The notes: a model not told the origin generated them from the sequence alone. A stretch of 64,000 nucleotides of DNA from Piromyces finnis finn (GCA_002104945.1 MCFH01000041.1:425421-489420), one strand, 5' to 3'; counted from the stretch's first letter, positions 15,021-29,800 are shown. Program-made: numbers and translations.

Positions 15021-15974
15021 AAGTCCAACAAACTTTTTATCTTTCTCAAATAAAATTTTAAATTCAAGGTCACTTTTTTTTTTAATTTATAAATAATTTA
15101 TATGTAGATATTGTAGCTTTTATTTATTCAGTATTAATTTTTTTTATTACTTTCATCAATGTAAATGAGTGAATGAAATATTTTAAAAATAAAAAATTTT
15201 TAAAATAGAAAACATTTGAGATACGAGAAACAATATATGTAAAATTAAAATAAAAAACTAATAATAAAATAAAACATTATACAATAGATAAGTAAAACAT
15301 ATTGTGATTTTTATTTTATTTTTTTTTTTTATTTTTTTATAACAAGTTGGTTTAATTAATATCAATATTTTATAATAAATAAAATTGATTTAATAATAAT
15401 ATGTATTTTTTACTTATATGTCAAAATTTTAATTTATTAACAAATTAAGTTTTTTTTTTTTAAATTTACAAATTAAAATAGAAAAAAAAAAAAGTTAATA
15501 TAAAGCAATAATTAATGATGGTAAATTAAAGTTTTTAAGATATATGTTAAAATAAATAGAATAATATATTTTTAATATAAATTTATATATACTAATTTCT
15601 ATTAAAAGTAGTTCAACTAAAAAAAATATTAAAAAAAATATTGAATTTTTTTTTAAATTAAAAACAATTTTAATTATAATATCTAGCCAGTAATATGTTA
15701 AATCTTTTGAATTTTAAAAGATGATTGGTTAATATTATGTTTTTTTTTAAAAAAAGGTAAATTTTCAAAATAATAAAAGTAAAAAATTCAGAGGAAAGTT
15801 TTTTTTCTTTGCACAAAAAATTTTTAAATTTATTATTATTTATTTATTAATTAAATATTCTCTATATTTTTTATAAATAAATAATAAAATAAAAAACTAT
15901 TGAATAATTAATTACAAATAGTTAATTACAAATAAATAATCTTTTTCTTTATATATAAATTATAAATTAATAAC

Positions 15975-18313
15975 ATGGCTGTTAAAAAGGATAGAAAGAG
16001 TAGAAGAAACTCAAAAGTTTCAAAGAAGAGTGAAACTTTAAACATGGAAAAATTAACTTTAGAAGAAGAAAGTGGTCGTGTTTGTGCTGGTGTTTTAACT
16101 TCTCACAAAGATTCACGTGATATTAAAGTTGAACAATTTTCACTTTCTTTCCACTCTGATATTTTAATTCACGATTCCACTCTTGAATTAAACTTTGGTC
16201 GTAGATACGGTCTTATTGGTGAAAATGGTTGTGGTAAGAGTACTTTACTTAAGGCCATTGCCTCTGGTGAAGTTTGTTTACCAACTCACGTTGATACTTA
16301 TTTATTAGATAAGGAATATCCACCAACTGATATGACTGCTTTAGAAGCTGTCATTCAAGATGCTAAAGTTGAATTAAAGGTATTTTGAGAATAATAATAA
16401 TAAAAAAAATTAGTCGACTATAAAAAATAATTATTGGAAACAGATTAAAATTTTTTGAAATAATATATGGAATTTTCAAGGAGAAAGATAATCGAGCAAA
16501 TAATATAAATTTCTATAATCAATAGTAAAATACATATTTAAAAGTATACAAGAAAGAATTAATTGGAATTTTGAGGAATTTAAATTTATATAATGAATGA
16601 AAAAAAAAAGAATAATAGATTTATTTCAATACTACATAAAATAGATATATTTAAATATATATATATATTTACATAATTCTTAAATATATAAGATATTTAT
16701 ATTAATAATTTAAATAATAATGAGAACATTCTGTTTGAATAGTTTAGATAACATTAAGTTTAAAATATATTTAAATATATAATTATTTACTATAATTTGC
16801 AATATATAGAGATTAGAAAAGGAAATGGAAAATCTTATGGTTGAAGATCCAGAATCTCCATTATTAGATGATATTTATGACAGAATGGAAGAATTAGATG
16901 AAAGTACTTTTGAATCTAAGGCTGCTACCATTCTTCATGGTTTAGGTTTCACTAAGGACTCTATGTTCAAGAAGACTAAAGATCTTTCTGGTGGTTGGCG
17001 TATGCGTGTCTCTTTAGCTAAAGCTTTATTCGTCAGACCAACTCTTTTACTTCTTGATCAACCAACTAATCACCTTGATCTTGGTGCTTGTGTATGGTTA
17101 GAAGAATACCTTAAGAGTTACAACAGAATTTTATTATTAATTTCTCACTCTCAAGATTTCTTAAACAATGTTTGTACTAACATTATTGATTTCACTAGAA
17201 AGAAGCAATTAGTTTACTACACTGGTAACTACGATACCTATGTTAAGACTCGTGAAGAATTAGAAACAAACCAAATGAAGGCTTTCGAAAAGCAACAAAA
17301 TGAAATTGAACATTTAAATAAATTCATTAGAAGTGCAGGTACTTATTCCAACCTTGTTCGTCAAGCTAAGAGTAAGCAAAAGATTATTGATAAGATGGAA
17401 GCTGCTGGTCTTGTTGAAAAGGTTGAAAAGAAACGTCAATGGAGATTCAAATTCCAAGATGTTGAAAAGTTACCACCACCAGTTCTTTCATTTACTGATG
17501 TTAGTTTCTCTTACACTGGTAATGTTGAAGATTGTTTATACAGACATTTAGATCTTGGTGCTGATATGGATTCCAGAATTGCTCTTGTCGGTCCAAACGG
17601 TGCCGGAAAGGTAATAATTGAGCTATTTTTAATAATAAATAATAAAATAGATATTGAATTATTATCGTATTATTGGTTAAACATTTTATTAATGAAGATA
17701 TTTTTTATGTTAATTTATTTGACAATTCAAAATATTTTATATATAACATTAATAAAAAATCAATAAATAGTCTACCTTATTAAAGTTAATGGCTGGTGAA
17801 TTAGTTCCAATTAGTGGTCAAATCTCCCGTCACACTCACTTAAAGATCGGTCGTTATAACCAACACTCTGCTGAACAATTAGATATGGAAAAGAATCCAG
17901 TTGTTTACATGAGAGATAAATTCCCAGAATTATCACAAGAAGTTCAATTCTGGAGATCTCAAGTTGGTCGTTTCGGTATTACTAGTAATTTACAAGGTAC
18001 TCCAATTAAGTACCTTAGTGATGGTCAAAAGAGTAGAGTTGTTTTCTGTGAATTAGCATTACAACACCCATTCATGTTATTATTAGATGAACCTACTAAT
18101 GCTCTTGATATTGAAACTATTGATTCATTAGCTGATGCTATTAATAACTTCAATGGTGGTGTTGTTTTAGTTAGTCACGATTTCCGTCTTATTTCACAAG
18201 TTGCTGAAGAAATTTGGGTATGTGAAAATGGTACCGTTACTAAATGGGAAGGTACTATTGAAGCTTACAAGGAAAAACTTAAGGGTGATGTTATGAAGGA
18301 ATTCAAGCTCTAA
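15975..18313 (+). CDS. ARB1: ABC-F translation factor, ABCF2/Arb1 orthologue, 3 exons
   Basis: Exons 15975-16379, 16810-17610 and 17771-18313 splice in frame (…ELK|RLEKEM…; GPNGAGK|STLLKLM). Two NBDs ([14 protein letters not shown]; [22 protein letters not shown]), no TM domains, and the ABCF2-type linker [27 protein letters not shown]. Confidence 0.95.
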
Positions 18314-18870
18314 ATGGATTGAATTATTTATTTTTATTAAAATTTTATAGAATATATATTAATTTATTTATTTAATAGAGTTGTGAAAAAAGTAAACCAA
18401 TCTTCTTTTAATTTATACATATATATACAATATTTGAAAAAGTTATATGTATAACAACCATTTATATCCGTTTATAATTTTTTTATAATTTAAAATATTA
18501 TCTTAATTTATTTTTTTATAACGAAAGAAAAAAGATTAAAAAAATAAAAGAAAATTCTAAGAATTAATAATAGCCATTTTAATATGATAAAAAATATATA
18601 ATTAATTTTTTATTTTTATATTTATATATTAAAAAAAAGTAAAAAAATTAATATTATTAACCATTTATATTTTAATTATTAATATAAAAAATATCCTAAT
18701 TATACGTAAATATACGTAATATAAAAAAAAGTAGAAAAAAAAAAAAAAAACACATTATCTTATTTGTAATTATCACTTATTAATAATAATATAAGCATTA
18801 TAAAATAAAAATTAAAATAAAAATTTTTATAATAAATAAAAAAACTTTTTTATACATTAAATTGGTAGTT

Positions 18871-20342
18871 TTATATATTTAATATATTAATTCTTTTTTT
18901 TTTTTTTTTTTTTACTTCTGAATCTTGTAAAAACATTTCTGTTTTGGTTGAAGAGATAATTGTAGCAGAATAGTAATTTATACAATAATGATTTTCATCA
19001 TATTTTATTTGTCTTGGATTAAAACTAGAGAGGTAAATATAACCATTTTTGAAGCCAGATGGATCTAATTCTTTTAAATCTTTTAGTACAGCGTCAGTTC
19101 CAAAATAAGGATGTTTTAAAATATTATTTTCAGTACGATAATGTCCAAGGGTAATGGCCTTAATTCCGTTTTGGAATTCAACTTCGTATTTTTGATGAGC
19201 GTCATCCTTTAAAATTAAATTAAACCATGATTTTATTGGTGTAAGTTTTGCTTGATAAAGATCTATTGGGAAATACCATGTATTATTTTTGTTTATTGGA
19301 TGATATGGTGTTAAAAGAACACCGTCAACATCACACATAAATGGTTGAGAAGAAGAAGTGTCAATGACTTGTTCAATAAGACATTGAACAATGGCGTTAT
19401 TATTGAGACGATCTCCTTTTTTTAAATCTTTAACATGCTTTATTTGACCGTTAGATAAGACAACAATGGCATCCCCATTAAAACATCCACCTTTACGATT
19501 AAGGAATGCACTCATAGTATTAGAGTTTAGTGTCGTGGGAGAATTAAAATCCTCACTTATCGATGTAGGCGCTGTAAAAATTGAATAATCTGTATTATTT
19601 TTGTTTGTTGGACGAGTTAAAAGAACATCGTCAGTATCACACATAAATGGTTGAGAAGAAGAAGAATCTAAATTAACAGTACCTTCTTTAACAGTACGTT
19701 CTTTATTTCTCTTTTTATTTCTAGAAAATAATCTAGTGATTGAACTAAATATGGATTTTTTGGATAAGAAGGATGAACTTGATGATTTAGTAAAGGAGGA
19801 TGAACTTGATGATTTAGTAAAGGTGTATCGGCCAATTGATGTTGATGCTGCTGGTGGTGGAAGATTAATAAATAATGAATTTGCTATTTTTCTATAGGAA
19901 TTAAATATATTATGAGAATAATATTGTAATGATTGATCTTTAAAGTTTCCACATTGTTCAAATTCATGGAATCTAATAAACGACCAAAGGTAAAATTCTC
20001 CCCATCTATTATAGTATTGAGTTTGTATTGCTTTTTTTACTTGACCATGATTTGGATCGGGATTATCAATATCAATAATTAATCCTTTAACAAATTTAGT
20101 TTTATATTTTAGTTGTTTTAACATATTAAAGAATTCATCAACAATCTTATTTGATTCCTTTAAATCAGTATTCTTTAAGATATTTTTAATAATAGAAATA
20201 AATTTCTTTCTTAATATTTCATTATAGACAATTTCTTCATAATGTATTGATTCTATATCCTTTTCTTCTATTAAAATATTTGGATCAGCATCTTCAATTT
20301 TTAATAATGTATTTTCGTCATCATCATCTTCATCATCGAGAA

Positions 20343-20375
<33 letters not shown>

Positions 20376-21744
20376 TATCGTTATCGTCATTTTCATTTTC
20401 ATTTTTTAATTCCTTATCTGAACTTTCCATTTCATTAATAAATTTATTGATATCTGGTGACTCTGTATTCAATGAAACTTCAAAGGTTTGGTTTGTCATT
20501 GGAAGTTCAACTTTAATTGTAATATCATCTAATGACGATTCTTTATTAATATCAAAAATTACATTTTGATATTTCTCTCTGTATAATGGTCCAATAGATA
20601 CTTTTTTATTTTCATCATCCTTTTTCTTATTAAGCATAGATACTTTGGTAATTGGTGTTATTGTGGAAAGAAGATTTGCCATGTAATTAATAAAAATTGT
20701 TCCAACCATTGATCCATCCGGACAATAACCATAAATACCATCACAAAGATTTGCAATATCAATTAATAATTTTGATTTAGCATCATTACCATATGAAAAT
20801 GTAGAAATTGTAAATTTATCATCTGTTTCATTTAGGGTATCTTTTAATGTTTCATAAATACCTTTTGGTGGATCCATATTTGATTCACCATCTGTGAAAA
20901 CCATAATTGATTTTTGATAATTTTTATAGGAAATACCTTTAGAAATATCAATAGCTGCTTCCATACCACTCCATATATTAGTACAATTTTGAGAATACAT
21001 TGAATCTACAATTTCAATAACCATATCTTTTACAACTTTACTTCTTAATATAGTAGGTTTAAGTTTTACAGTGGCATTATTTGAAAATTCTATAAGACTG
21101 ACCATATCATTACTACGTAAAGATGAAACAATTGTTTTAATTGAATGCTTTATCAGTGAAAGTCTTGAAATATATACTGACTCTAAACTTTCTATATTGC
21201 TACAACAATTTATCTGCATTGAACCTGAAACATCAACAACGAAAATTAATAGTATAGGTAAAGTTTTTACAACCTTTTTTGGTTTCATACAAACATGAAT
21301 ACAATTTTCACATAAATTATTACTTTTCTCTTTTGAAATATAGGTAGCAGTTAATTTATCAAATTCAACTACTTGATTTTGTAATTGAACCTCCTCATTA
21401 ACTACATTTTCGAAATTTAAATTTTTAATAATATTTTTTAAATTCTCATTATTTAATTCAATGTTTTTTTCTTCAATGTATTTACTTATTTTTTCTTCTA
21501 AACTAATGCTTGGTATGGCATCTTCAATATTTATTTTTATTTTACTAACAGGTGAAATAGAATTTTCTTTTAATATTTTTGTTATTGCTTCTTCTTCATA
21601 TATAAATCCATCAGGCATTAATACTGGTGTTCTCATAATTTTGCTAGTAAGAGGACATAAAAATTCATTTGGGATATCTTTTATATCCATTTCTGTTTCT
21701 TCAATTTTTATATTTTCATTTTCATTTTCAATTTCGGTAGACAT
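18871..21744 (-). CDS. U-box / vWA / Hint (Vint-type) protein, intronless
   Basis: U-box IPNEFLCPLTSKIMRTPV…DGFIYE. vWA MIDAS DVSGS…T…TDGE. Vwaint-like segment WGEFYLWSFIRFHEFEQCGNFKDQSLQYY. Hint begins at GG|CFNGDAIV; C-terminal TLGH…HPYFGT Vint motif. Confidence 0.92.
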
Positions 21745-22508
21745 TTTGTTTATATTTAAATATTACTATATATAAATATATAAATATATATATGATATAA
21801 AATTGTCAATAAAATTTCATTATTATTATTTTATTATTTTTTCTTTTTTTTTTTTTTAAAATAAAAAATAGTAAATTATAATTATATATATATATTTTGT
21901 GAAATAAATTAAAAAATTTAAATATATTAATAATATATTTAAATATTATTTTTATATCAAATAAATGAAAATATTAAAAATCTTCAATTGGTTCTTTCTT
22001 TTATAAAATTTTAATATTATAATTTTTTTTTTATTTGGAAGATAAAGTATTATTACTGTTTTAATTTTTTAATAATAATAATTGCTAGGATTTTAGGTTT
22101 TTTAATATTTACTTTATTACTGTAATTTTATTAATATTTCATTATAGAGATTCAATTAACAATTACAAGTATGTATTTATACTAAAATTTATTGCTTATC
22201 CTAGAATATATACATATCAATACATTCCATTATGTTAACTACATTTTATTAATGAATAAAGTTTATAATAAAATTTGTGATTTTCTAACAATAATAATAC
22301 TATTAATATCCGTATATATTTGATAATAAATTCAAAAAATATTTATTAAAAATAGACTTTTAAATTAAGCCACATTTTTATTATTCAAATATAGAACATT
22401 CTATTTTTAATTAAAAAAAATATAAATTTAAATTAATGAGCTTACTTTTAATAAGAAAAAGTAAAAAAATATAACGTAAATTTACTTTTGATAAAATTGA
22501 TTAATAAA

Positions 22509-23081
22509 ATGCCAAATATTAAACTATTACCTTTGGAAAATAAGAATAGAGAAACATTTATTTTAGGAGTACAAGAATCTTTCAAATATGGAGCATTAGA
22601 AGAATTTGGAAAGAGAGATGATCATCTTAATAAATATGGGGAAATTATATCAAGAAAAACAATTGAAAAAAGTATTGATGGAAAAGGTTCAGAAACCTAC
22701 CAGATTTTTGAAAATGGAAATAATGTTGGCGGTGTTATTGTTAGTATTAACAGGGAAAAACAGACAGGTGAATTAGAGATATTATATGTTTCACCTGCTG
22801 AGCATAGCAAAGGTATTGGCTATGCAACATGGTGCGAAATTGAAAAAATGTATCCTGAAATAAAAAAATGGGAAACTTATACACCATATTTTGAAAAAAG
22901 AAATATACATTTTTATGTTAATCGTTGTGGATTTCAAATTGATAAATTTTATAATAGTCATTATCCTATGCCACAATATTTAAAAGATGAAGATGATGAT
23001 TTAGAAGAAGAAGAAGAAATAGATGAGGATGATGTCCATCCTGATGATTTTCTTCATTTTATAAAAATAATTCAATCATGA
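22509..23081 (+). CDS. GNAT-family N-acetyltransferase, bacterial type, intronless
   Basis: Acetyl-CoA motif LYVSPAEHSKGIGYATW and C-terminal WETYTPYFEKRNIHFYVNRCGF. ATG at 22509 chosen over the track's alternative start at 22488. Confidence 0.88.
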   Translation: MPNIKLLPLENKNRETFILGVQESFKYGALEEFGKRDDHLNKYGEIISRKTIEKSIDGKGSETYQIFENGNNVGGVIVSINREKQTGELEILYVSPAEHSKGIGYATWCEIEKMYPEIKKWETYTPYFEKRNIHFYVNRCGFQIDKFYNSHYPMPQYLKDEDDDLEEEEEIDEDDVHPDDFLHFIKIIQS

Positions 23082-23835
23082 ATTCATAAATAAATATATA
23101 AATAGAAAAATAATTAAATATAAAATATATGATTTTTATTAAAGAGGAGAAAAACGAAATATAATTATATATTTATAAAGTTGTTAGGATAGCGACCAAT
23201 TTAATTTATTAATTAACTATGAAGTTTAAGAAAAATATTATGTATCAATAAATATTATAGAAATAAAAAGTAATATTAATAAATAATTTATAGATTTTTG
23301 AAAAATTATTTTTTTTAGAGGAAAATATCAATAAATTCCTATTTTTTTTTGCTTTTTTTTTTTTTTTACTAAATATAAATTAATATGTTATTTATATTTC
23401 ATTTCAAAGTGTATTTTTATATATTTTTATATGCTTTAACCTTATAAATTTTAGGTTTAATTAAAATTTAAATATTTTCATATGTTTGTTTCTGCAGGAT
23501 TATACTAATAATAATGCTGATAATAATAATGATAATATCATAATATCATATATAAAAAAATATTAGAATCCAGTAAATTTATATGTAGTTATTTAATTAA
23601 AATTAGAAAATATATAACTATAATATTCATATAAATATGTATATCATTTCTTAATAAAAGTATAATAACTATATAAAAATTATATGAAATAGGGTTTAAA
23701 AAATGATTTAAAGAAGATAAATCAATTTTTTACAATTTTTTTTTTAATTTATATATATATTTTCGATTAACACAACAATTACTCAAAAATTCGAAAAAGT
23801 AATTAAAAGTAATTAAATTAATCAAATATTAAAAA

Positions 23836-26800
23836 ATGAATAATAGAAAAATATTACAGTTAAAAACATTAATATGGAGGAATTTAATATATAAAAAACG
23901 AAATAAATTATCTACATTCCTTGAAATTATTGTTCCTACGATAATACTTTTATTATTATGTATGATTTTTAAATAAAAATATATTGTATAATCCATTATA
24001 ATGTTAAAAAAATTAATCTATTAATTTTTTAATAACTTACTTTTATAGATTATGTGTCAGAAAAAGATGGAATTGTAATTGATGTATTAGAAGTTAATTC
24101 AGATCAATACAATTTTAACGACTTAAATGATATACAATATTCGGATGTATATTTTGGTTTCGTATTCCCTGAAAATTTTGAGAAAAAGGAGGAATTTATT
24201 AATAATTTTAAATCTCTAGATGCTATTAAGAATAATAATTCAGTAGTAGATGGTTTTGATATAAATTTTATTAAAAGGGATGGAAACATTAGTTATCAAA
24301 ATGATGCAAATATATTTTTCAATCCAAATAATTTAAAACACATCGAAGCAAAAGTGTTAAATGCAGATTTATTACTTAAAGCAAAATATAATGAAAATAG
24401 TTTTAATAATAGCTTATCTAATATAGTAATAAATAATGAATTAATACAAGAAAATGATATCCATTATTATAATGATTTTCAAACAACTTATGATAAAATT
24501 AAACAAGAATACGAATCAAAATATGAAAATACTTATATTATTTCATATGATTATAATAAGCCTCAATCATATAGTTATTTTGAGAAAAAAAAAGTTCACA
24601 TTAAAGTATTCAAAAATAAAGAAGAAATGCAAAAAATTAGACGATATAATTTTTTCGGTATCGTATTTACTTCACAGACCCAGTATACAGTTAAGAAATT
24701 TGACTATATTGATATAGGAGACTTTATAAAACCAAAATATACAAAGGATTATGAACATAATACATATGCGCTTACTGAAATTAAAAAATATGCTTTGGCT
24801 CAAAAACTAGTTGATCAAGTATTGATTAAAACTTTAACCGGTTATGATTATAATATTAATTTACATGATCAAACTATGGATCAAGAAGAAATTATTTATG
24901 AATATGGTGATAATCCAGCAAATAATTATCTTCCATATTTAATTTTATTCTTTTTTATGTTAGTATATTAATATTATATTCATTTAATATCAATTATAAT
25001 TAAATTTTTTTCATTATATTCTTACTATAAAAATATTGATATATATATATTTAATTTTTTTACGAACTTTTAAATTTAATAGTCCATGTATAACAAATTT
25101 ATTTTTATTCTTAGTAATAGAAAAAGAAACTAAGTTCAAGAATTCTCTTGCTGCTATTGGATTAGATAAAAATTTATTTTGGTTATCATGGGTAATTAAA
25201 TTTATTATTATTATTGTTTATATTATGTTTTTTATATATATAATTTTATCATGTAAATTTAATAAACATTTTTTTTTATAATAATCCAGGGAATAATATA
25301 TGCATTGATTATTGGAATTGCATCCTTTTTAACATTTATAATATTATTATTTTCAAATGTATTCAGTTTTTCTGTTAATATTGTATGTTTCTTATTGATA
25401 TTCATATACGGATTATCAAATTGCTTTATGGTATTTGGTATCTCAACATTTATAATGAAATCAAGAACATCATTAATCACAGGTGTATTATTTGTTATTG
25501 GACTATTTATATTCTTTTTCATTTATTATGCAATAAAATCTTCTGTTAGTCTTTTAATTATTTTTGGCATATTCCTTTCACCTATATCACTACTTTCATC
25601 AATAAATAGACTTAGCAATCTTAAATCTACTATTTTAGATTTTAATGTAATTATAAACTGATTTGCATAGTTATTTAATTAATTTGTAAAAATAATTTAA
25701 AAATAACAATAATGATGGTTATTTAATTAATGTTAAATTTAAAAATATGGTTTATTTTAGATAATTGATGTTTTTAAAGATGGTCAAATGTATGGCTTTA
25801 TTTTTGGATTAGTTTTTTCATGTATATTCTATTTACTTCTTGCAATTTACCTTGACAATGTAGTCCCTCAAGGTAATGCTTTAAATAAAAAGTGGAATTA
25901 TATATTTAAAAAAGCAAAAGAGTCAGATGACCCTATAGAAGAAATGAGAAATAAGAAAGAAGCCAATTCTTCTTTTATCGAACCGGATCCTGAAAATCGT
26001 GAAAAAATTGTAGAGGTCAATTCTGTTTATAAATTTTTCACAATTGATAAAAAAAGATTCTGCGCGTTAAATGACATCAATTTTAATGTATATTTAAATG
26101 AAATCTTTGCTATAATTGGACATAATGGTGCAGGTAAATCAACACTTATGAATATTATGACCGGTATGTATTATGAATCTTCCGGTAGTATTACATACAA
26201 TGGAAAGAATTTTAAAAATAATAGAAGTGAAATATGTTCTGACATTGGTAATTATAGATATATTATTTTAAACAAAACTTAAATATACATTTTAAAATTA
26301 TCACAGCATTAACACATACAATTATTATAATTTTTAAAATTTAATATTAAAAATGTTTATAATAAAGGTTATTGTGCTCAGTATAATGTTTATACTAATT
26401 ATTTAACAATATTAGAACATTTAAAATTATTCTGTGGAATTAAAAATATTAATGAAGATTATGATAAAGTATTGAAAGATATTGGATTGTTACAATATAA
26501 AAATGACTTCCCTTCTATTTTAAGTGGTGGTCAAAAGAGATTATTGAATGTTGCTTTTGCATTTTTAGGGAAACCAAAATATGTATTTTTGGATGAACCA
26601 TCTACTGGATTAGATCCATTAACAAGAAAAAAAGTTTGGGAATATTTATTAAAAAAAAAACAAAATTCTACTGTATTTTTAACTACTCATTATATGTAAT
26701 ATTTTTATATAAATTTTAAATAACAATAATTGAATATATATCTATTTAATATTAAACTCCTTTAATTATAAAATCATTTTTTTCATATATTATATATTAG

Positions 26801-29800
26801 GGATGAAGCAGATGTTTTAACGGATAGAAAACTTATTATATCTAATGGTACTATTTGTTGCTTAGGAAGCAGTCTTTTCTTGAAGAATGCATACAACATG
26901 AGCTATTCGTATGAATATATATATAGAATTTATTATTTTTATTAAAGTAATGATTATTTTGTTTTATTTATTGATTATTAAAAATCTTTACTATTAATAG
27001 ATTTGATATTATAATAGACGAAAATAAAAATAATGAAATTAAAAAAATATTTAATAACTATATACCAAATGTAAATGTAACGGAAAATCATACAACAAAT
27101 AATCAAAAAATGTATACCTATTATATTCCAATGTCAAATTCAGATTCATTTTCTAAAGCATTAACTGAAGTAAATAAAATAATAGAAGGGGATGAAGATT
27201 GTAAAGGCTATACATTAACATCACCATCTTTGGAAGAATTATTTGTTAAATTAGAGACATCAAAAGAAAGTAATAGTATAAGCATAAAAAAAAATGCTTT
27301 GACTGAAAAAATGAGAAAAAAATATAATCAAGATCGTAATGGTTCCTCTGATAATATTAAACAAATATGGTCATTTATAAAACTAAGATTAAAATTATTT
27401 TTAAGAAATAAGGTTGCAGCAATTAATACTATGTTTTTCCCATTGGCGATAACTATTTTATGTTTAATAGGTGCTAAATATATAAAAGATCAAACTAATA
27501 AACCAAGGGTTATATCATATAAAAATATAGATATTTCTAATAAAATATATGATAATAAAATAAAATGGTTTGTTGAAAGCAATTCAGATGATAAAGGACG
27601 AGATTTATTTAGTAATCTTGATATTGATAAATCCTTATTAAGTGAAAACTTGAATTATAATAAAGAACTATCTCTTTCCTCTGGAAAGGCTAATGAAATG
27701 AATGACTATATTGGTGGATTTTTAGGTTATATGGAAGATAATATATATAAAATAACATTATATAATAATGTTAATATGATGTATTCATTACCATTGTCTA
27801 TAAATTTATTAAGTAATGCCATTATTTCGAAATATAATGATAATATAATAATTAAGACAAGTTATCAGCCAATTGATGATGTCTTTGAAATTTATGAAAG
27901 TTCAGATGATGATAAAGATAATTTAAATAGTCAAAATTTAACAAATTTAATTATCGAGTATGTACTAGTTGCTGAAATAGGAGTTATGTTTTCTTTATTA
28001 ATATCACTTTATGGACCTACTCTTGTTAAAGAACGAGAAGAAAATATAACACAACAACTTTATCTTAATGGAATGAAAAACTTAAATTATTGGATTGGTG
28101 TAATATGCAGTGATTTAATATGTGTTTTTATATCTATTACATTGGTTACTATATTTGGTATTATTACTGATTTGTCAATATTTTATTATAAGGGGCTACT
28201 ATTTACTATTGTGTTATTAATTCTATGTTCCATAAGCAGTTTGTTATATCAATATGTAATAAATTATTTCTTTGAAAAATATGATAAGGCATCAACATTT
28301 TCTTCTATTTTTAATCCAGTGTTAACACTTATTTTATGCTTGATTTCTATTTATGCAGTATTAAAAGAAAGCGATACTAATTTAAAATGGTCATTTTATT
28401 TAATATATATTCTTCCGATGATATTTTTTGCACCTTCTGCTATACCAACTGTAAGTAATTCTTACCTTAGTAATAAAATGTTTTATTAACATAACAATTA
28501 ATATGTTTTTTTTTTCATTAACCCATTAATGTAATATAATAAAATAGATGTTATTTAAAATTGTATATATTACATCATATAAAATGTATGATAATAAATA
28601 TGATGCTTTCCTACAAAGTGATATTTATCAAGAACTTTTAAATAATCGTGATGATGATGATTATAATAAGAAATTAAATAATGCTTTTAAAAAATTCTCA
28701 TTTCCTAGTTTACATGAATTTTTCTCTACTAAATATCGTTTGTATTATATATTAATTATTTTAGTTTTATCCATTATTTTATACATTTCAGTTATATTTA
28801 TTCTTGAGAGGATAAGATATAATAAAAAAAGAAGTATAAAAAAATGGGATGAAAATGAACGTAAAAAGCAAGATTCTTTATTATCCGAAGGTCCTGAAGA
28901 TGTATTGTACGAATGGAAAAGAGTATGTAATAGTATAAACAATCCTGAAAGTGAGGATAATAAAGTAGTTTCAATGAAAGTACATGAACTTAGAAAAGAT
29001 TATAAATATCAAGCAATTAAAAATATAAAGAATAAATGTGATACTACTGAAAAAGAAAATAAATCAAATATTATTGATGAAAGAATATACAAAAGTTCTA
29101 ATGGAAAACAATTTAAGAGAGTTATTGACGATTTAACCTTTGGTGTCAATTATGGTGAATGTTTAGGACTTCTAGGTCCAAATGGAACAGGTAAAACTAC
29201 AACAATTTCAATAATTTCATGTAGCAAAAATCCATCACTTGGCCAAGTAATCTATGGAAACAAAAGTCTTGCAAATTATAATTTATTTGATTTGGGTATT
29301 GGTATTTGCCCACAATTTGATGCTTTATGGAATGTTTTAACTGTAAAAGAACATATTGAGTTTTACTATAGTATGTGTGGTTATTCAAAACAAGACGTAA
29401 AAGAAATTGTTTCTTCTTTAGTAGACTATTGTGGTATTGAAAGTCATATTAACAAAAAGGTTTGTGAAGTAAGTGGTGGTACAAAACGTAAACTTTCTTT
29501 AATAGTATCTTTATGTTCATCACCTAGCTATTTATTATTAGATGAGCCTACAGCTGGAATTGATCCATTTACAAGAAGATATATATGGAATTTAATTAGT
29601 GAATTTAAAGAAATCCAACAAACAGCAACCATTCTTACAACCCATTCCACTGAAGAAGCTGAATATTTATGTGATAGAATTGCAATTTTAATGAAAGGAA
29701 AATTAGCATGTATTGATACACCTAAAAATATAAAAATGAAATTTAATAATTATTATATTTTAGATGTATTTACAGATAATGCCGAATTATTTGAAAATAA

